A stretch of 50,468 nucleotides of DNA. Origin: an uncultured Acidobacteriaceae bacterium (GTDB lineage: Bacteria; Acidobacteriota; Terriglobia; Terriglobales; Acidobacteriaceae). The notes beneath the pieces were generated by a model. That model was not told where the DNA came from and did no database searches. It was given only the letters and a program-made list of their open reading frames with translations. Shown here in pieces: positions 18,243 to 29,105 of this stretch. The position numbers and the translations under genes were made by a program. Location of the stretch: contig CAXUNW010000001.1 in NCBI GenBank assembly GCA_964252505.1, positions 1 through 50,468 of the forward strand, written 5' to 3'. Position 1 is the stretch's first letter. Each line of letters starts with the position of its first letter.

Positions 18243-19940
18243 CTAGAGCAGCGACCAGGCCTGCCATCCCGTGGCAGTGCTCCATCCAAGGTGACGTACT
18301 ACACCCTGAAGGTCCACAACAAAGAGGTCGGTCTGCAGCGTTCCTTGCGCCAGCGCGGTGACCTGACGATCCGGCGCGAAGGTTGGACCGGCTTGCAGCA
18401 GGCTCCATCCGCCCCAGGGCGTGTCTCCCTGGAAGGGGATCGGGGTCGGCCAGCCTGCCGCCGCGATGCGCCCCGTCTGCGCATCCACCATGTACAGGAC
18501 CAGCTCATCGCCTGCGGCGACACCGGACAACGAGCCACCTGCGCTGTTCTTGATGCCGGGAATCAGCGTCCGGTGGAACCAGCTTGTGTCCTGTGACCAT
18601 CCCAGCTTGTTGACGGTGCCTGTGCCATCCACGCGAAGCATCAGCATGCCTAAACCTTTGCTCTGGTTCGGCTTCACGTACAGCTGGAAGGTCAGTCCCA
18701 CATAGCGCCGTGACGCCGGCTCGGTAATCGGCGGGACCCCTCCGATAGACTGCCACGCTCCCCAGGTGGGCGAGCTGACCCCGCGCGAGGTATGGAAGTC
18801 CTGATCGGCCTGATTCGCGGCAAAGACCTCTACCACCGTCTCCACATGCGACATCACCAGCAGAGGTGTCTTTGGCGCCAGCGAAAGGCCGGGGAGCGGC
18901 GCCCAGGGGTAGGTCACCGAGTCGTTGTTCCAGGCAATGCTTTGCGCCGTCCCGTGCAGGTCGACCGCCGCCAGAATGACAATTCCGTACATGGCGATCG
19001 CCGACACCGGTGTGTCCGGCACGAACTGCCCCGCGCTGCTCACGGCGGTCCAGTTGCCCCATCCACCTGGCGGCCTCCATTGCAGCGTATAGATCATCCC
19101 ATCGGTCCCGATGCCAAATAGGTCCTTCCTTTGCGGCGCTCCGGCAACCGCCACAAGCGGTGCCGTCTGCGAGAACGTCTGCTGCCCCAGGGGCAGCCAT
19201 GCTCCGGAGATCCCGGTCGCCGTGCGCACGTTGCAGTACGCAAGTCCATCTTGCCCTACGCCAAATATCTCGACCGTCGCGGTATTACCCGGGATGGCCG
19301 TGGATGTGTAATCGCCTGCCAGACAGGTCAGTGGGGTGCTCTTGGTGAACAAGTTGGGCTGCAGGCGCACCGAGAAGACAGCGGAACTCTGCGTGGGGGC
19401 TCCGCACGAGGCCGGGGTGGCCGCGGTCAGGGAGATCGGGTCGGAAAGCTGCACCTCATTGCCCTGGGGCGACGCAAGGGGCGTAAACGGTGCGAGATAG
19501 ACCCCTACAAGTCCGCGGCAGTCCGGCACACCTGCCGGCAGCGCCTTTCCGCCCACCAACTCGCCGGAGCTGCCAAAGACCCCCAGAATCGCGGTCTCTA
19601 CCGACCCCATTGCGGTTCCCACCTGGGTAGCGGCCGTCAGCACGCTCGCTCCAAGCCCGGCGATCTCTGTGGATTGATCCTCCTGGCTGCTTCCGCCCAG
19701 GTTTACCACGGTGTACGTAGCAACCCCGCTCTCACCGGTGTCGAGCGCATACGGCCCGCTAACCCAGGGTCCAATGAAGCCTTGTCCCGCCTGCTGCGGA
19801 GTTCCAATCCAGAAGAACCCTGCATCGCTGACCCGGTTGCCGATAACCACCGTCACGATCAGCCATAGATCGTCCTGCCCGAACTGCCCCCGGCAGGTCT
19901 CCGAGGTAAAGCTTTCCATTCCAAAGGAATACATCGCCAT
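18243..19940 (-). CDS. hypothetical protein: unknown N-terminal domain plus seven Trp-rich repeats (PLL-like beta-propeller lectin)
   Basis: GGAGG RBS before the ATG at 19940. Repeats of the type '(D/E)-hydrophobic-F-G-x-G-x-D-G...W-x-x-W-x-x-L' fill the C-terminal ~350 aa. Confidence 0.65.
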   Translation of the reverse strand: MAMYSFGMESFTSETCRGQFGQDDLWLIVTVVIGNRVSDAGFFWIGTPQQAGQGFIGPWVSGPYALDTGESGVATYTVVNLGGSSQEDQSTEIAGLGASVLTAATQVGTAMGSVETAILGVFGSSGELVGGKALPAGVPDCRGLVGVYLAPFTPLASPQGNEVQLSDPISLTAATPASCGAPTQSSAVFSVRLQPNLFTKSTPLTCLAGDYTSTAIPGNTATVEIFGVGQDGLAYCNVRTATGISGAWLPLGQQTFSQTAPLVAVAGAPQRKDLFGIGTDGMIYTLQWRPPGGWGNWTAVSSAGQFVPDTPVSAIAMYGIVILAAVDLHGTAQSIAWNNDSVTYPWAPLPGLSLAPKTPLLVMSHVETVVEVFAANQADQDFHTSRGVSSPTWGAWQSIGGVPPITEPASRRYVGLTFQLYVKPNQSKGLGMLMLRVDGTGTVNKLGWSQDTSWFHRTLIPGIKNSAGGSLSGVAAGDELVLYMVDAQTGRIAAAGWPTPIPFQGDTPWGGWSLLQAGPTFAPDRQVTALAQGTLQTDLFVVDLQGVVRHLGWSTATGWQAWSLL

Positions 19941-20036
19941 GCATATGCCTCCGGCGCTTGCCGAGAAAAGTCTCTCACGAAGCGACGCGGCCACCGGCGC
20001 GAAAACGTCTACCGATTCATGACGTCGCGTCGGCCT

Positions 20037-21626
20037 CTACTGGGTTGTTCCGCCCAGAAAGAGCGTATCCGCCTTCCCACCCAGCACGCGGTAGAGGGCA
20101 AACTGTCGCTCCGTCTGCCCCCTTAGCTCAAACAGCAGACTTGCGCGGTTAGAGGCCTCGACGTCCACCACATCCACAAACCGCATCCAGGGCGTTCGGT
20201 CCAGGTGGGCCGCGTCGGTGATGCTGTGCATGGCTTCTCGCAGACCGTTGACGCCATCCTCCTGCGCCACCACCGTGACATAGCGCAAGGCCGCTCCTAT
20301 CCCGGCAGTGTGCGCCGTGTAGATATAGGTCGGGGCCCCCCCATAGCTGAGAGTGAACCCCTTCACCTCTTCGTCGGTGAGCACTGTTCCCGGTGCCGGC
20401 GCGGTCGGGAATATCCTGGCGGCGGTACGGCGCTTTGCAGTTGCATGCTGCGCCGACGTTCTGGCTCCCGCGGCGGGTTTGGCCGATGTCGCCGGAGGTG
20501 CCGTGGGGGGAGCTGCCGTAGTGACCTGTTGCTGCGTCGCCGCATCCGCCGCCACATGGTTCCTCCGTAATACGGGCGCGCTTCCGTTCGATGTATCCTG
20601 CGCCGCAAGCCCTACGCCGGAAGCACCCTCTGGAGCGGGGGCCGCTGCGCCGGTCACCACCATCGGCGTGCCGGCGGGAACGGGCCCATACGCCACCAAC
20701 TCTGCCTGGGCCATGGCCCGCATCTTACCCAGAACCGCCTGATGCTCCGCCTCATCCTCCCAGCTGCGTGCGAACGGATGCGGATCGCGACGTTTAGGGT
20801 CGGAAACCGCCACCATCTGCTTCATATCCGCCGGGAGCCCGTTCAGCACGGCCGTATCATCTTCTGCCGCGGCTGTGTTTCGCTTCATCCGCGGTCGGTC
20901 CGGATCGTCGTTCAGCGATCCTTTCTCCGGGATGACCGATGAGAGATCCCGCTCCTTCTTCCCCTTCTTTGCATCCTTAGGATCGACGGGAGGCCGCCGC
21001 CGCAGCGTTGGGCGGTCTACATCGTCTTTGTCCCCGCTGCCGGAATCGACCTTGACGTCCTCCGGGGACCCGGATTCTGGCCGAGCGTCATCATCTTTTG
21101 CAGACGCTCCGCTGCCGACGGGGGCGCTCTTCGAGGAGAACTTGGGCCGGTCGGGGTCCTCCGACGAAGTCGCAGGAACTTTTCCGTTCACCGCCACCTG
21201 CTGGGTCGCCTTCTTCGTCACCATACGAGGAGGCTTAGGGGCCTCAAACACGCCATACCCGAACCAGCCATCGTCGTAGGGGGTAGCGTTGGCTGCTGCG
21301 GGAAGCTGTACATGCCGGGCCTCCTTCAGGTCCACGAGACCTTTTTCAACCCCTGCATCGTCGAGCTCGTAGACCGTTCCGGGTCCGAGCGCCATCGGAA
21401 CCGGTCGTGCCAGGTAGACCCCGGCGTCCTGCACCTGACCCTCAATGAAGATGGTCACCGGAACCAGCCGCTCGCCCTTCGGTTTCGCGAGATCCCCGGT
21501 CCACTCATACACGCCAACTGCCCGGACCACCGTCTCCGGGCGCGCCACCTTATGCATCTGCGCCTGTGCGGTTGCGGCCAGCACCCCCGCCATCAAACCC
21601 GTCACTGTCCGTCGCTGTCGCTTCAT
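20037..21626 (-). CDS. secreted hypothetical protein with low-complexity linkers
   Basis: Signal peptide (MKRQRR...LAATAQA), folded-looking N- and C-terminal blocks, repeated DxDRP motifs. Confidence 0.7.
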   Translation of the reverse strand: MKRQRRTVTGLMAGVLAATAQAQMHKVARPETVVRAVGVYEWTGDLAKPKGERLVPVTIFIEGQVQDAGVYLARPVPMALGPGTVYELDDAGVEKGLVDLKEARHVQLPAAANATPYDDGWFGYGVFEAPKPPRMVTKKATQQVAVNGKVPATSSEDPDRPKFSSKSAPVGSGASAKDDDARPESGSPEDVKVDSGSGDKDDVDRPTLRRRPPVDPKDAKKGKKERDLSSVIPEKGSLNDDPDRPRMKRNTAAAEDDTAVLNGLPADMKQMVAVSDPKRRDPHPFARSWEDEAEHQAVLGKMRAMAQAELVAYGPVPAGTPMVVTGAAAPAPEGASGVGLAAQDTSNGSAPVLRRNHVAADAATQQQVTTAAPPTAPPATSAKPAAGARTSAQHATAKRRTAARIFPTAPAPGTVLTDEEVKGFTLSYGGAPTYIYTAHTAGIGAALRYVTVVAQEDGVNGLREAMHSITDAAHLDRTPWMRFVDVVDVEASNRASLLFELRGQTERQFALYRVLGGKADTLFLGGTTQ

Positions 21627-21764
21627 ATCAGGTACTCCCAAGCCTCAGAACAGTTAGACGCATTCTCGCCCCACAAGCCTACAGCGCCAAACAACCGCGC
21701 CAGCCATACATCGGCCCAGCATGGTGCAAGCGAAAAACCACGTGATTCGCTACCATCAGCCCAG

Positions 21765-22592
21765 ATGCCCGACGCTCCTTTGCTCGAAATTCAAGGTCTT
21801 TCCATCTCCTTCGGTAACGAACCCGCCGTGAAGGACCTCTCCCTGACCCTTGCTTCAGGCCAAACCCTCGCGCTGGTCGGCGAATCTGGCTCAGGTAAAT
21901 CAGTGACTTCCCTCGCTTTGCTTCGCCTTCTGCCGGCAGATGCGGGCATTACGGGCAAGATCATGTTCGCCGGGGAAGACCTTCTGGCTCTGCCAGAACC
22001 CGCGATGCGCCGTCATCGTGGCCGTTCCATCGCGATGATCTTCCAGGAGCCGATGACCGCTTTAAACCCTGTGATGCCGGTCGGACGCCAGGTAGCTGAG
22101 GCTTATGTGGCGCATCATCCAGGTGAATCTCGCAAGCTGTTGAAAAGCAAAGTGGTTGAGGCGATGCGGGCGGTTGCTCTTCCTGATCCGGAACGGCGTT
22201 TTCGCGACTATCCGCACCAGTTCTCCGGCGGACAGCGCCAGCGGATCCTCATAGCGATGGCCCTGATCAACCGGCCTCGCCTGCTGATTGCCGATGAGCC
22301 CACGACGGCTCTGGATGTGACTGTCCAAGCACAAATACTCAGTCTCCTAGCCGACATACGCCGGGAGCAAAATCTTGCAATGCTCTTCATTTCTCACGAT
22401 CTTGCTGTGGTCGCTCAAGTCTGCAGCCAAGGCACGGACCGGGTTGCGGTGATGCAGCATGGGCGTATCGTCGAACAAGCTCCGGCGGCGAGACTCTTCC
22501 AGGCGCCGCAGCATGCCTACACGCGGCGTCTTCTGGCCTCCGCGCCTACGATGGAGACCAACCGAGACGAGCCGCTAGCCTGTTTGAAGTAG
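21765..22592 (+). CDS. ABC transporter ATP-binding protein (DppD/OppD type)
   Basis: Walker [15 protein letters not shown]-loop, [21 protein letters not shown]. Start reset to the ATG at 21765. Confidence 0.92.
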   Translation: MPDAPLLEIQGLSISFGNEPAVKDLSLTLASGQTLALVGESGSGKSVTSLALLRLLPADAGITGKIMFAGEDLLALPEPAMRRHRGRSIAMIFQEPMTALNPVMPVGRQVAEAYVAHHPGESRKLLKSKVVEAMRAVALPDPERRFRDYPHQFSGGQRQRILIAMALINRPRLLIADEPTTALDVTVQAQILSLLADIRREQNLAMLFISHDLAVVAQVCSQGTDRVAVMQHGRIVEQAPAARLFQAPQHAYTRRLLASAPTMETNRDEPLACLK

Positions 22593-22668
22593 CTGGGCGC
22601 TCCGCGTAATATCGTTTTCCACAAATTCACGCTAGTCTGTAGATTCGGGCGACCGCTCGAATTCGAGT

Positions 22669-23424
22669 ATGCGCGCCCTCCTCATTTCCGACATCCACGG
22701 CAATCTCGAGGCTCTTACGGCGGTTTTAACCGATGCCGCGGGCCACTACGACGTTCTATGGAACCTTGGGGACGTTGTTGGTTATGGGGCGAGTCCGAAC
22801 CAGGTGCTGGAGATCATTCGTCCGCTCGCTGAAATTAATGTACGGGGCAACCATGACCGTGTCTGCACCGGACAGACCTCTGCGCATGGATTCAACCCAG
22901 TCGCGCGCACCGCCGCGCTTTGGACCCTTGCCGAACTAAGCCCAGCCAACCTCGAGTGGCTTAAGGCAGTACCGCAAGGGCCGTTGTACCCCATGACCCC
23001 CAATATCGCCTGCGCTCATGGCTCACCGCTGCATGAGGACCATTACATCCTCTCCATGCGAGACGCCTGGGCTCCCTTGCAGCAGATGACGGCATCGCTC
23101 ACCTTCTTCGGTCATACCCATGTTCAGGGAGGCTTCTCCCAGCAGCAGCACGAATGGACCGAGGTTCGCCCGCGCTATCACACGCGTAACGACAAGGAAC
23201 ACTGGGTTCTGGGTCTACCGGATGGCACGCGTCACCTTATCAATCCCGGTTCAGTGGGCCAACCGCGCGACCATGACTGGCGCGCCGCATACGCCATCTA
23301 CGACGTAGAAGCGGCGCGCGTGGTCTTCCACAGAATTCCCTACGATGTCACTGCCAGCCAAGGCCGCATTCTGATGGCCGGCCTTCCTGAGCGGCTTGCC
23401 GGCCGCCTTCGCGAAGGCCGATGA
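22669..23424 (+). CDS. metallophosphoesterase (calcineurin-like) family protein
   Basis: SDIHGN, GDVVGYG, GNHD, HGSP, FGHTH, NPGSVGQPRD. Confidence 0.92.
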   Translation: MRALLISDIHGNLEALTAVLTDAAGHYDVLWNLGDVVGYGASPNQVLEIIRPLAEINVRGNHDRVCTGQTSAHGFNPVARTAALWTLAELSPANLEWLKAVPQGPLYPMTPNIACAHGSPLHEDHYILSMRDAWAPLQQMTASLTFFGHTHVQGGFSQQQHEWTEVRPRYHTRNDKEHWVLGLPDGTRHLINPGSVGQPRDHDWRAAYAIYDVEAARVVFHRIPYDVTASQGRILMAGLPERLAGRLREGR

Positions 23425-23460
23425 CCATTTAAGACAAACTCGATCCGATCTGTCACAAAC

Positions 23461-23500
23461 GACACAGCCGGCGAAATTAGTAAATCTCGCCGGCTGTGTT
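23461..23500. terminator. inverted repeat between convergent genes, probable bidirectional terminator
   Basis: ACACAGCCGGCGA (23462-23474) and TCGCCGGCTGTGT (23487-23499) form a perfect 13-bp stem. Confidence 0.7.
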
Positions 23501-23519
23501 GCAGCTCGAGGGGGCCAGG

Positions 23520-26500
23520 CTAGAAGATGATCTTCGCACCGAACTGCATCTGCCGGTTTGGGTACGCCCCATTCAGTTGTCCGAATGAGGAGCCGCTGGT
23601 CGCCGTAGTTCCGAGCGAGCTATAGTTTGTATGGTTCAGTACGTTGAACGCATCCGCCTGTACCTTGAACTGCACCCGCTCGGTCAGATCGAACAGCTTG
23701 GCGGCCGTTACATCGCCCTGCTGCAGACCCGGGAGCACCACCGCGCCAACGCCCGAGTTGCCGAATGCCCCCGCCGGGGGGGCGCCGAACGCTGCTTGGT
23801 TGAGGTATTGCTTTACATGCCCGGGCAGCGTGCAGCACGCTCCCTGGTTGTAGTAGCTGCCACCCAGGTACTGCGCCCGGCGATTTCCAAGGCCACCTGC
23901 CGGTGAGTTCCCGGTGATGGTGTAGTAAGCCCCCGTTTGCACGCGCGCTACAGCAGTGATCTGCACGCCTCCAACGGCTTCCCGCAGAAGGATGTTGCGG
24001 CTGCCCAAAGTCGGCAGTGTGTATACCACCGTCCCTATGAAGGCATGACGTCGATCGATGCTCAGTTCACCATAGTTGTAGTTCAGGTCGCGCCAGTTCT
24101 CGAGCGTTGCGTTGTTGCTGGACGAGTCACCCAAGGATTTCGCGAAGGTATAGCCGATTGTTGTGTTTAGTTTACCGCGCCGCTTCGTCAAGTAGACCTG
24201 AAGCGCGTTGTAGTTGGAGTTGGAGTCGCTGCGATTCTGACTGATCGAGGAAAAGCCTCTGTACGGGTTGGAATATGCGCTACTGTAGGAGGGGTTCGCG
24301 GCAACCGCGGCCAGGCTTGGATAGTTAATGTTCGGCTGTCGAAGCAAATGGTGTCCCACGTTACCCACATAGGTTGTTTCCATCAGAAAACCCATTGGAA
24401 GCTCCTGCTGAACGCCCAGGCTGTACTGAAAGACATATGGATTCTTCAGCGCCGGATCGATGGCGGTGACGCCACCTTGGATGCCCGTGTTGTTTGCCGT
24501 ACCGCCCGAGATGTTGCCAAGGTTGGCGTTATCGAACTCCACGTTCTGCAGGAATGGCTGAAGATTTACCTGGCTAAAGCCCACGTTGCCCTCAGGCCGG
24601 TAGTAAAAGCCGCCAAAGCCGCCACGGATGGCGGTCTTCTCCGTTGGGCTGTAGGCGAAGCCGGCTCGTGGCCCGAATGCTCCGTGCATTTTGTATAGTC
24701 CGCGCGGGGCGCCAGAAGGAATTTGCGGATAAGCCGCCGTATTCACGTTCAACACCCGCTGGGTCTGGTCCGAAGGGATGCCGTCGCCAGCCCGAACCAG
24801 CCCGTTGTACGGATTGCCCGAACCCGGGATTACTTTGCCGGCGGTCGTCACCGTGATGGCATTGGTTGGGTTGTAGACGCTCGGATCGAAGTTGGCATAG
24901 TTGTTGCCCTGAGCGTACAAAGGCGAGATCAACTGCCAGCGCACGCCGAACTCCAGGCTCAACGTTCGCGCCGCCTTCCAGGTGTCCTGAGCGAAGGCCT
25001 CAGGCTGTGAGAACCGGAAATGACCTACCGGGTCGGAGCTCGCCTCGGTGTATGAGGAGAAGTTTCCAAGCAGTGCATCCGCCAGCGCGTTGCCGGTCGT
25101 GTTGGGATTGTTGGTATTGAACTGCGCATTGCCGTTGTAGTTCGGGCGACCGTTCTGATCGATTCGATCGCGGATGTACACGCCCCCAACCTTGATCAGG
25201 TGGTTACCCTTGACGATAGAGAGTGTGTCGCCCACCTGGATGTCCGTTGTTGGAGAATCGAGAGCAAAGTACGGACCCGAAAACTGGGTGAAGTTCGTGA
25301 TCCCGACCAGCGGGATGCCGTTCGGGTACTCGCCCGCACCAGGAAACAGCTTGTTGTACTGGAAGCCGTACGTCTCGCGCTTCCAGGTATTGCCGATCGG
25401 CGGTATGTGTTGGGAGACAAAGCTAAAGTTGGCCGTTGCCTGGTTTACTATGTTGGCGTTGTAGTTGAAGGTTTCCGAAAGCAGATAGCTCTGCCCTGGG
25501 CGGTTACGGGCTGTCGGCACGGTGGGGAGACCGCCTGGCGTAAAGGTTCCGAACGGGTCAATCACGGTGTTGTGATCGCTGATCCATCTGCCGAAGATGT
25601 TGTTCCGCTCATTGATGCGGAAGTCGAGCCGCACAAATTCCTCGTGGAAGTTTAGTGAGGTGCTTGGGGTCACTGACAGGTTGTTTGTTGCGCCTGTCAG
25701 GTCATTGTAGGTTCCGGTCTTGTTTACGGCCGCATAAACGCCTGCAATGGCTTTACCATCAGGCGTAATGAGTGAGGTTATATTGTTGCCGGGAATTGGA
25801 TTTTTGGTGCCCGGGTAAAACAACTGGGCAACTCCTGCAAAGTTCCCTCCCAGCTGTGCTGAACTTGGGGTTGTCAAGACGGTTGGCGATTGTTGCTGCC
25901 GCAGTCGCTTCACCTCTTCGCCAACATAGAAGAACAGCTTGTCCTTCAGGATTGGCCCGCCGAATCCTCCGCCAAAATCGTTGTAGACGAGGTGCGTTTT
26001 CGCGCTCGCGAAGAAGGGCCGCGCATCCGTTGCGTTGACCCGCAGATATTCGAACACAGTTCCATGAATCTTGTTTGTTCCATTCCTTGTTACAATATTG
26101 AACGCCGGTCCCGAAGTTCGCCCGAACTCCGCAGAAAAGTTTGACGTCTCAATTTTCACTTCCTGAATGAAGTCCGGCCCGACGTTATTGATCAAACTCC
26201 CGTTGCTTCCGGCTGCCTGGTTATAGGCGCCATCCACAGTCAAGTTTGATGAATCGGCGCGATTGCCATTGATGACCTGGTTGGTTGAAGACAGGCTTGT
26301 GGTGACCGAGAAGATATCCGGGTTTGTCACGACGGCGCCTGGTATCAGGGTCATTAGCTGCGTATAGTTACGGCCGTTCAAAGGAAGGTTCTCGACCTCC
26401 TTGGTGTCGATCACGTGCGCGAGTTCGCCGCTAGTCGTGTTGATCGATTCGCCGGAGGTCGCCGTGATTGTCACCACCTCGACGGCCGAGCCAACCTTCA

Positions 26501-26909
26501 GGCCGAAATCCGCCGTCAGGTGGGCATCAGCGGTCATCGTGAGCCCCGTCCGCTTCTCACCGCTGAAACCATCTTTGGCGACTGCCACGGTGTATTCGCC
26601 GATAGGAAGGTTGGTCACCACATAAAACCCACTGCTATCGGTTGTGATGGTGTGCACCAGCCCCGTGCCAACCTCGGTGATTGTCAGCGTAGCGCCCGGA
26701 ATCACGCTGCCCGAGGAGTCCGTCACATTGCCCGCGATCTGCCCCTGGGAGGTCTGCGCGTGCAGCCTGCCACTGTTTGGTGTGAAGAGCGTAAGGGGCG
26801 CGATGAGCGCACCGCACAACGCAAAAGCTCGTATCCGCCTGAGTCCCAAAGTGCCTCCAAGATCGAACGACGTCCTCCAGGCTTCGCGTCGATCCGAAGT
26901 CTGTTCCAT
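23520..26909 (-). CDS. TonB-dependent receptor, Oar-like, with N-terminal carboxypeptidase-regulatory-like domain
   Basis: GNVTDSSGSVIPGA, LPLNGRNYTQL plug, FSAEFGR, C-terminal RQMQFGAKIIF. Start uncertain (26960, 26909 or later). Confidence 0.92.
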   Translation of the reverse strand: MEQTSDRREAWRTSFDLGGTLGLRRIRAFALCGALIAPLTLFTPNSGRLHAQTSQGQIAGNVTDSSGSVIPGATLTITEVGTGLVHTITTDSSGFYVVTNLPIGEYTVAVAKDGFSGEKRTGLTMTADAHLTADFGLKVGSAVEVVTITATSGESINTTSGELAHVIDTKEVENLPLNGRNYTQLMTLIPGAVVTNPDIFSVTTSLSSTNQVINGNRADSSNLTVDGAYNQAAGSNGSLINNVGPDFIQEVKIETSNFSAEFGRTSGPAFNIVTRNGTNKIHGTVFEYLRVNATDARPFFASAKTHLVYNDFGGGFGGPILKDKLFFYVGEEVKRLRQQQSPTVLTTPSSAQLGGNFAGVAQLFYPGTKNPIPGNNITSLITPDGKAIAGVYAAVNKTGTYNDLTGATNNLSVTPSTSLNFHEEFVRLDFRINERNNIFGRWISDHNTVIDPFGTFTPGGLPTVPTARNRPGQSYLLSETFNYNANIVNQATANFSFVSQHIPPIGNTWKRETYGFQYNKLFPGAGEYPNGIPLVGITNFTQFSGPYFALDSPTTDIQVGDTLSIVKGNHLIKVGGVYIRDRIDQNGRPNYNGNAQFNTNNPNTTGNALADALLGNFSSYTEASSDPVGHFRFSQPEAFAQDTWKAARTLSLEFGVRWQLISPLYAQGNNYANFDPSVYNPTNAITVTTAGKVIPGSGNPYNGLVRAGDGIPSDQTQRVLNVNTAAYPQIPSGAPRGLYKMHGAFGPRAGFAYSPTEKTAIRGGFGGFYYRPEGNVGFSQVNLQPFLQNVEFDNANLGNISGGTANNTGIQGGVTAIDPALKNPYVFQYSLGVQQELPMGFLMETTYVGNVGHHLLRQPNINYPSLAAVAANPSYSSAYSNPYRGFSSISQNRSDSNSNYNALQVYLTKRRGKLNTTIGYTFAKSLGDSSSNNATLENWRDLNYNYGELSIDRRHAFIGTVVYTLPTLGSRNILLREAVGGVQITAVARVQTGAYYTITGNSPAGGLGNRRAQYLGGSYYNQGACCTLPGHVKQYLNQAAFGAPPAGAFGNSGVGAVVLPGLQQGDVTAAKLFDLTERVQFKVQADAFNVLNHTNYSSLGTTATSGSSFGQLNGAYPNRQMQFGAKIIF

Positions 26910-27236
26910 GCAATTGTGCGAGGACGTTCGATGCGGAGCGATGCTACTTCTTGCCGGCATCCATCGTCAAACTGTTCCAACCAATCGTAAGCTTTCAAGT
27001 AACGGTCTGGGCGGGCGATCAGGTAAAGCTCCGCGGAACTTCGCTCGGCTGCGTCGGACCCAGCATCCATCCGATGCCGTGCTATGCGGCTTTTTGGGGC
27101 CGGGGCGACGTGGCGCATGAGGTCTGATAACATTGCCCGGTGTCTAAAGTGGTCCGACGTCCCGCTTTGGTCCACTCTACTCGACATACGATCTATAAAC
27201 GCCCTTTCACGTTTCATCATCACCGGGTGAGTCCCC

Positions 27237-29105
27237 ATGACCGATCTCTCGCGTTCGTCCGCTGCCGCTGTCTGTGTTGCCGCCCTTGGCATTTTTGGCC
27301 TTGCGGGCAGCCTACCTGCCCTTACTCAGGCTCCGCTCAAGACGCTTCTTGTCGGTGTCGACCGCCGCACAACTACTTCCCTAAACGGAGACTGGCACTA
27401 CCTGGTAGACCAGCCTCCCGGGCGCAGCCTTTACGGTCCAGGCGGTACCATTCGGGACAACGGGTACGGCATGAACTCGCACCCCAATATCTCCACTGGT
27501 CCCCACAACGAGGAGTACGACTTTGCCACGGCTCCGACGCTTAAGGTTCCCGGGGACTGGAACACGCAGGACCCTACCCTGTTCCGCTTTGAAGGGTTGA
27601 TCTGGTATCAGCGCGATTTCGACTTCCAGCCGAAACCGAATACCCGCACCTTCCTCCACATTGGCGCGGCGAACTACAAGTCTTTCGTGTGGGTTAACCA
27701 AAAACGCATCTGCGAACACGAGGGAGGCTTCACCCCCTTCGATTGCGAGGTCACACCGGCACTGCACGCAGGCAGTAATTTCGTCGTTATCGCCGTGGAT
27801 TCGACCCGCGACATTGATGCGATTCCTTCTGTCGGAATCGACTGGTTCAACTATGGAGGTCTTACCCGAGACGTCTCCCTGGTTACGCTTCCGACTTCCT
27901 TCATTGACGACTACGACGTTCATCTCAAGAAGGATGCGACCTTTTCCGCCGCCAACAAAACCCTGACAGGGTATGTCCATGTGGTTGACGCGGCTGCCGG
28001 GACGCAGGTGACGCTCCGTATCCCCGAGGCCGGCATCGACACTACAGTTCGCACCGACGCCTCCGGCAGGGCACCTTTCGAAGTTACCGCGAAGAGCCTT
28101 TCCCTATGGGGCCCGGAAAATCCGAAGCTGTACAAAGTGGCCATGTCTTCAGGGGAGGACGCTCTTACCGAGGACATCGGTTTCCGTGATATCCGCGTCG
28201 ACGGAACTCGCATTCTGCTCAATGGCAAAGCCATTTTCCTTCAGGGCGCAAATATGCATGCGGAGGCGCCGTATCGTACCGGACGCGTCGATACGGACGA
28301 GGACGTTAAGAATATCTTTGGCTTCTTAAAAGACATGAACGCCAACTTTGTTCGTCTCTGCCACTACCCGCACGACGAGCGCATGGAGCGCTATGCGGAT
28401 GCGCACGGCACGATGATCTGGTCCGAGATCCCACTTTGGCAGCGTATCTCGTTTGAGAAGCCGGCCGTTTACGCCAAGGCAACTGCCATGCTCAACGAGA
28501 TGATACGCAGAGACCGCAACAAAGCCTCAGTCATTCTTTGGTCAGTGTCCAACGAAACCCCTAATAACCCGACTCGAACCGAATTCCTGACTAACCTGGC
28601 AAACGAAGCCCGTCGTCTGGATCAGACCCGCTTGATCACCTCAGCGCTGATTGGCCCGAGGCCCCAAGGCCGCGAGATGGTGCAAAAAGACCCACTTGCT
28701 GACGCTCTGGATGTAGTAGGACAGAACGAGTACATCGGCTGGTATGAGGGCAGGGCTGAGGACGCCGACAACACGCTTTGGACCCTTCCGAACAAGCCGA
28801 TCATCATGTCCGAGTTCGGCGCTGAGGCAAAGCAGGGCAATCATGGCGGAGTCCACGACCGCTGGACGGAGGAGCAGCAGGCCTTCGTGATTCAACACCA
28901 GTTTGTCATGCTCAACAAGATCCCTCAGCTTCGCGGCCTCACGCCGTGGGTTCTCATGGACTTCCGGTCTCCGACGCGCAACATTCCGAAACTTCAGGAT
29001 GGCTTTAACCGCAAGGGGTTGATCTCTGAAGATGGCAAGAAGAAGCTAGCATTTGACCTCTTTCAGAAGGCCTACAAGGACCATTCCGTAGGTAAGGCAG
29101 AGTAG
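27237..29105 (+). CDS. GH2 glycoside hydrolase (beta-glucuronidase-like), secreted
   Basis: Signal peptide, SLNGDW, HEGGFTPF, RLCHYP, WSVSNE (acid/base), SEFGA (nucleophile), NRKG. Confidence 0.92.
   Translation: MTDLSRSSAAAVCVAALGIFGLAGSLPALTQAPLKTLLVGVDRRTTTSLNGDWHYLVDQPPGRSLYGPGGTIRDNGYGMNSHPNISTGPHNEEYDFATAPTLKVPGDWNTQDPTLFRFEGLIWYQRDFDFQPKPNTRTFLHIGAANYKSFVWVNQKRICEHEGGFTPFDCEVTPALHAGSNFVVIAVDSTRDIDAIPSVGIDWFNYGGLTRDVSLVTLPTSFIDDYDVHLKKDATFSAANKTLTGYVHVVDAAAGTQVTLRIPEAGIDTTVRTDASGRAPFEVTAKSLSLWGPENPKLYKVAMSSGEDALTEDIGFRDIRVDGTRILLNGKAIFLQGANMHAEAPYRTGRVDTDEDVKNIFGFLKDMNANFVRLCHYPHDERMERYADAHGTMIWSEIPLWQRISFEKPAVYAKATAMLNEMIRRDRNKASVILWSVSNETPNNPTRTEFLTNLANEARRLDQTRLITSALIGPRPQGREMVQKDPLADALDVVGQNEYIGWYEGRAEDADNTLWTLPNKPIIMSEFGAEAKQGNHGGVHDRWTEEQQAFVIQHQFVMLNKIPQLRGLTPWVLMDFRSPTRNIPKLQDGFNRKGLISEDGKKKLAFDLFQKAYKDHSVGKAE

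Noticed and set aside
21312-21764. 150-aa N-terminal extension of the ABC ATPase ORF
   Set aside because: Overlaps the opposite-strand gene; homology begins at MPDAPLLEI (21765).
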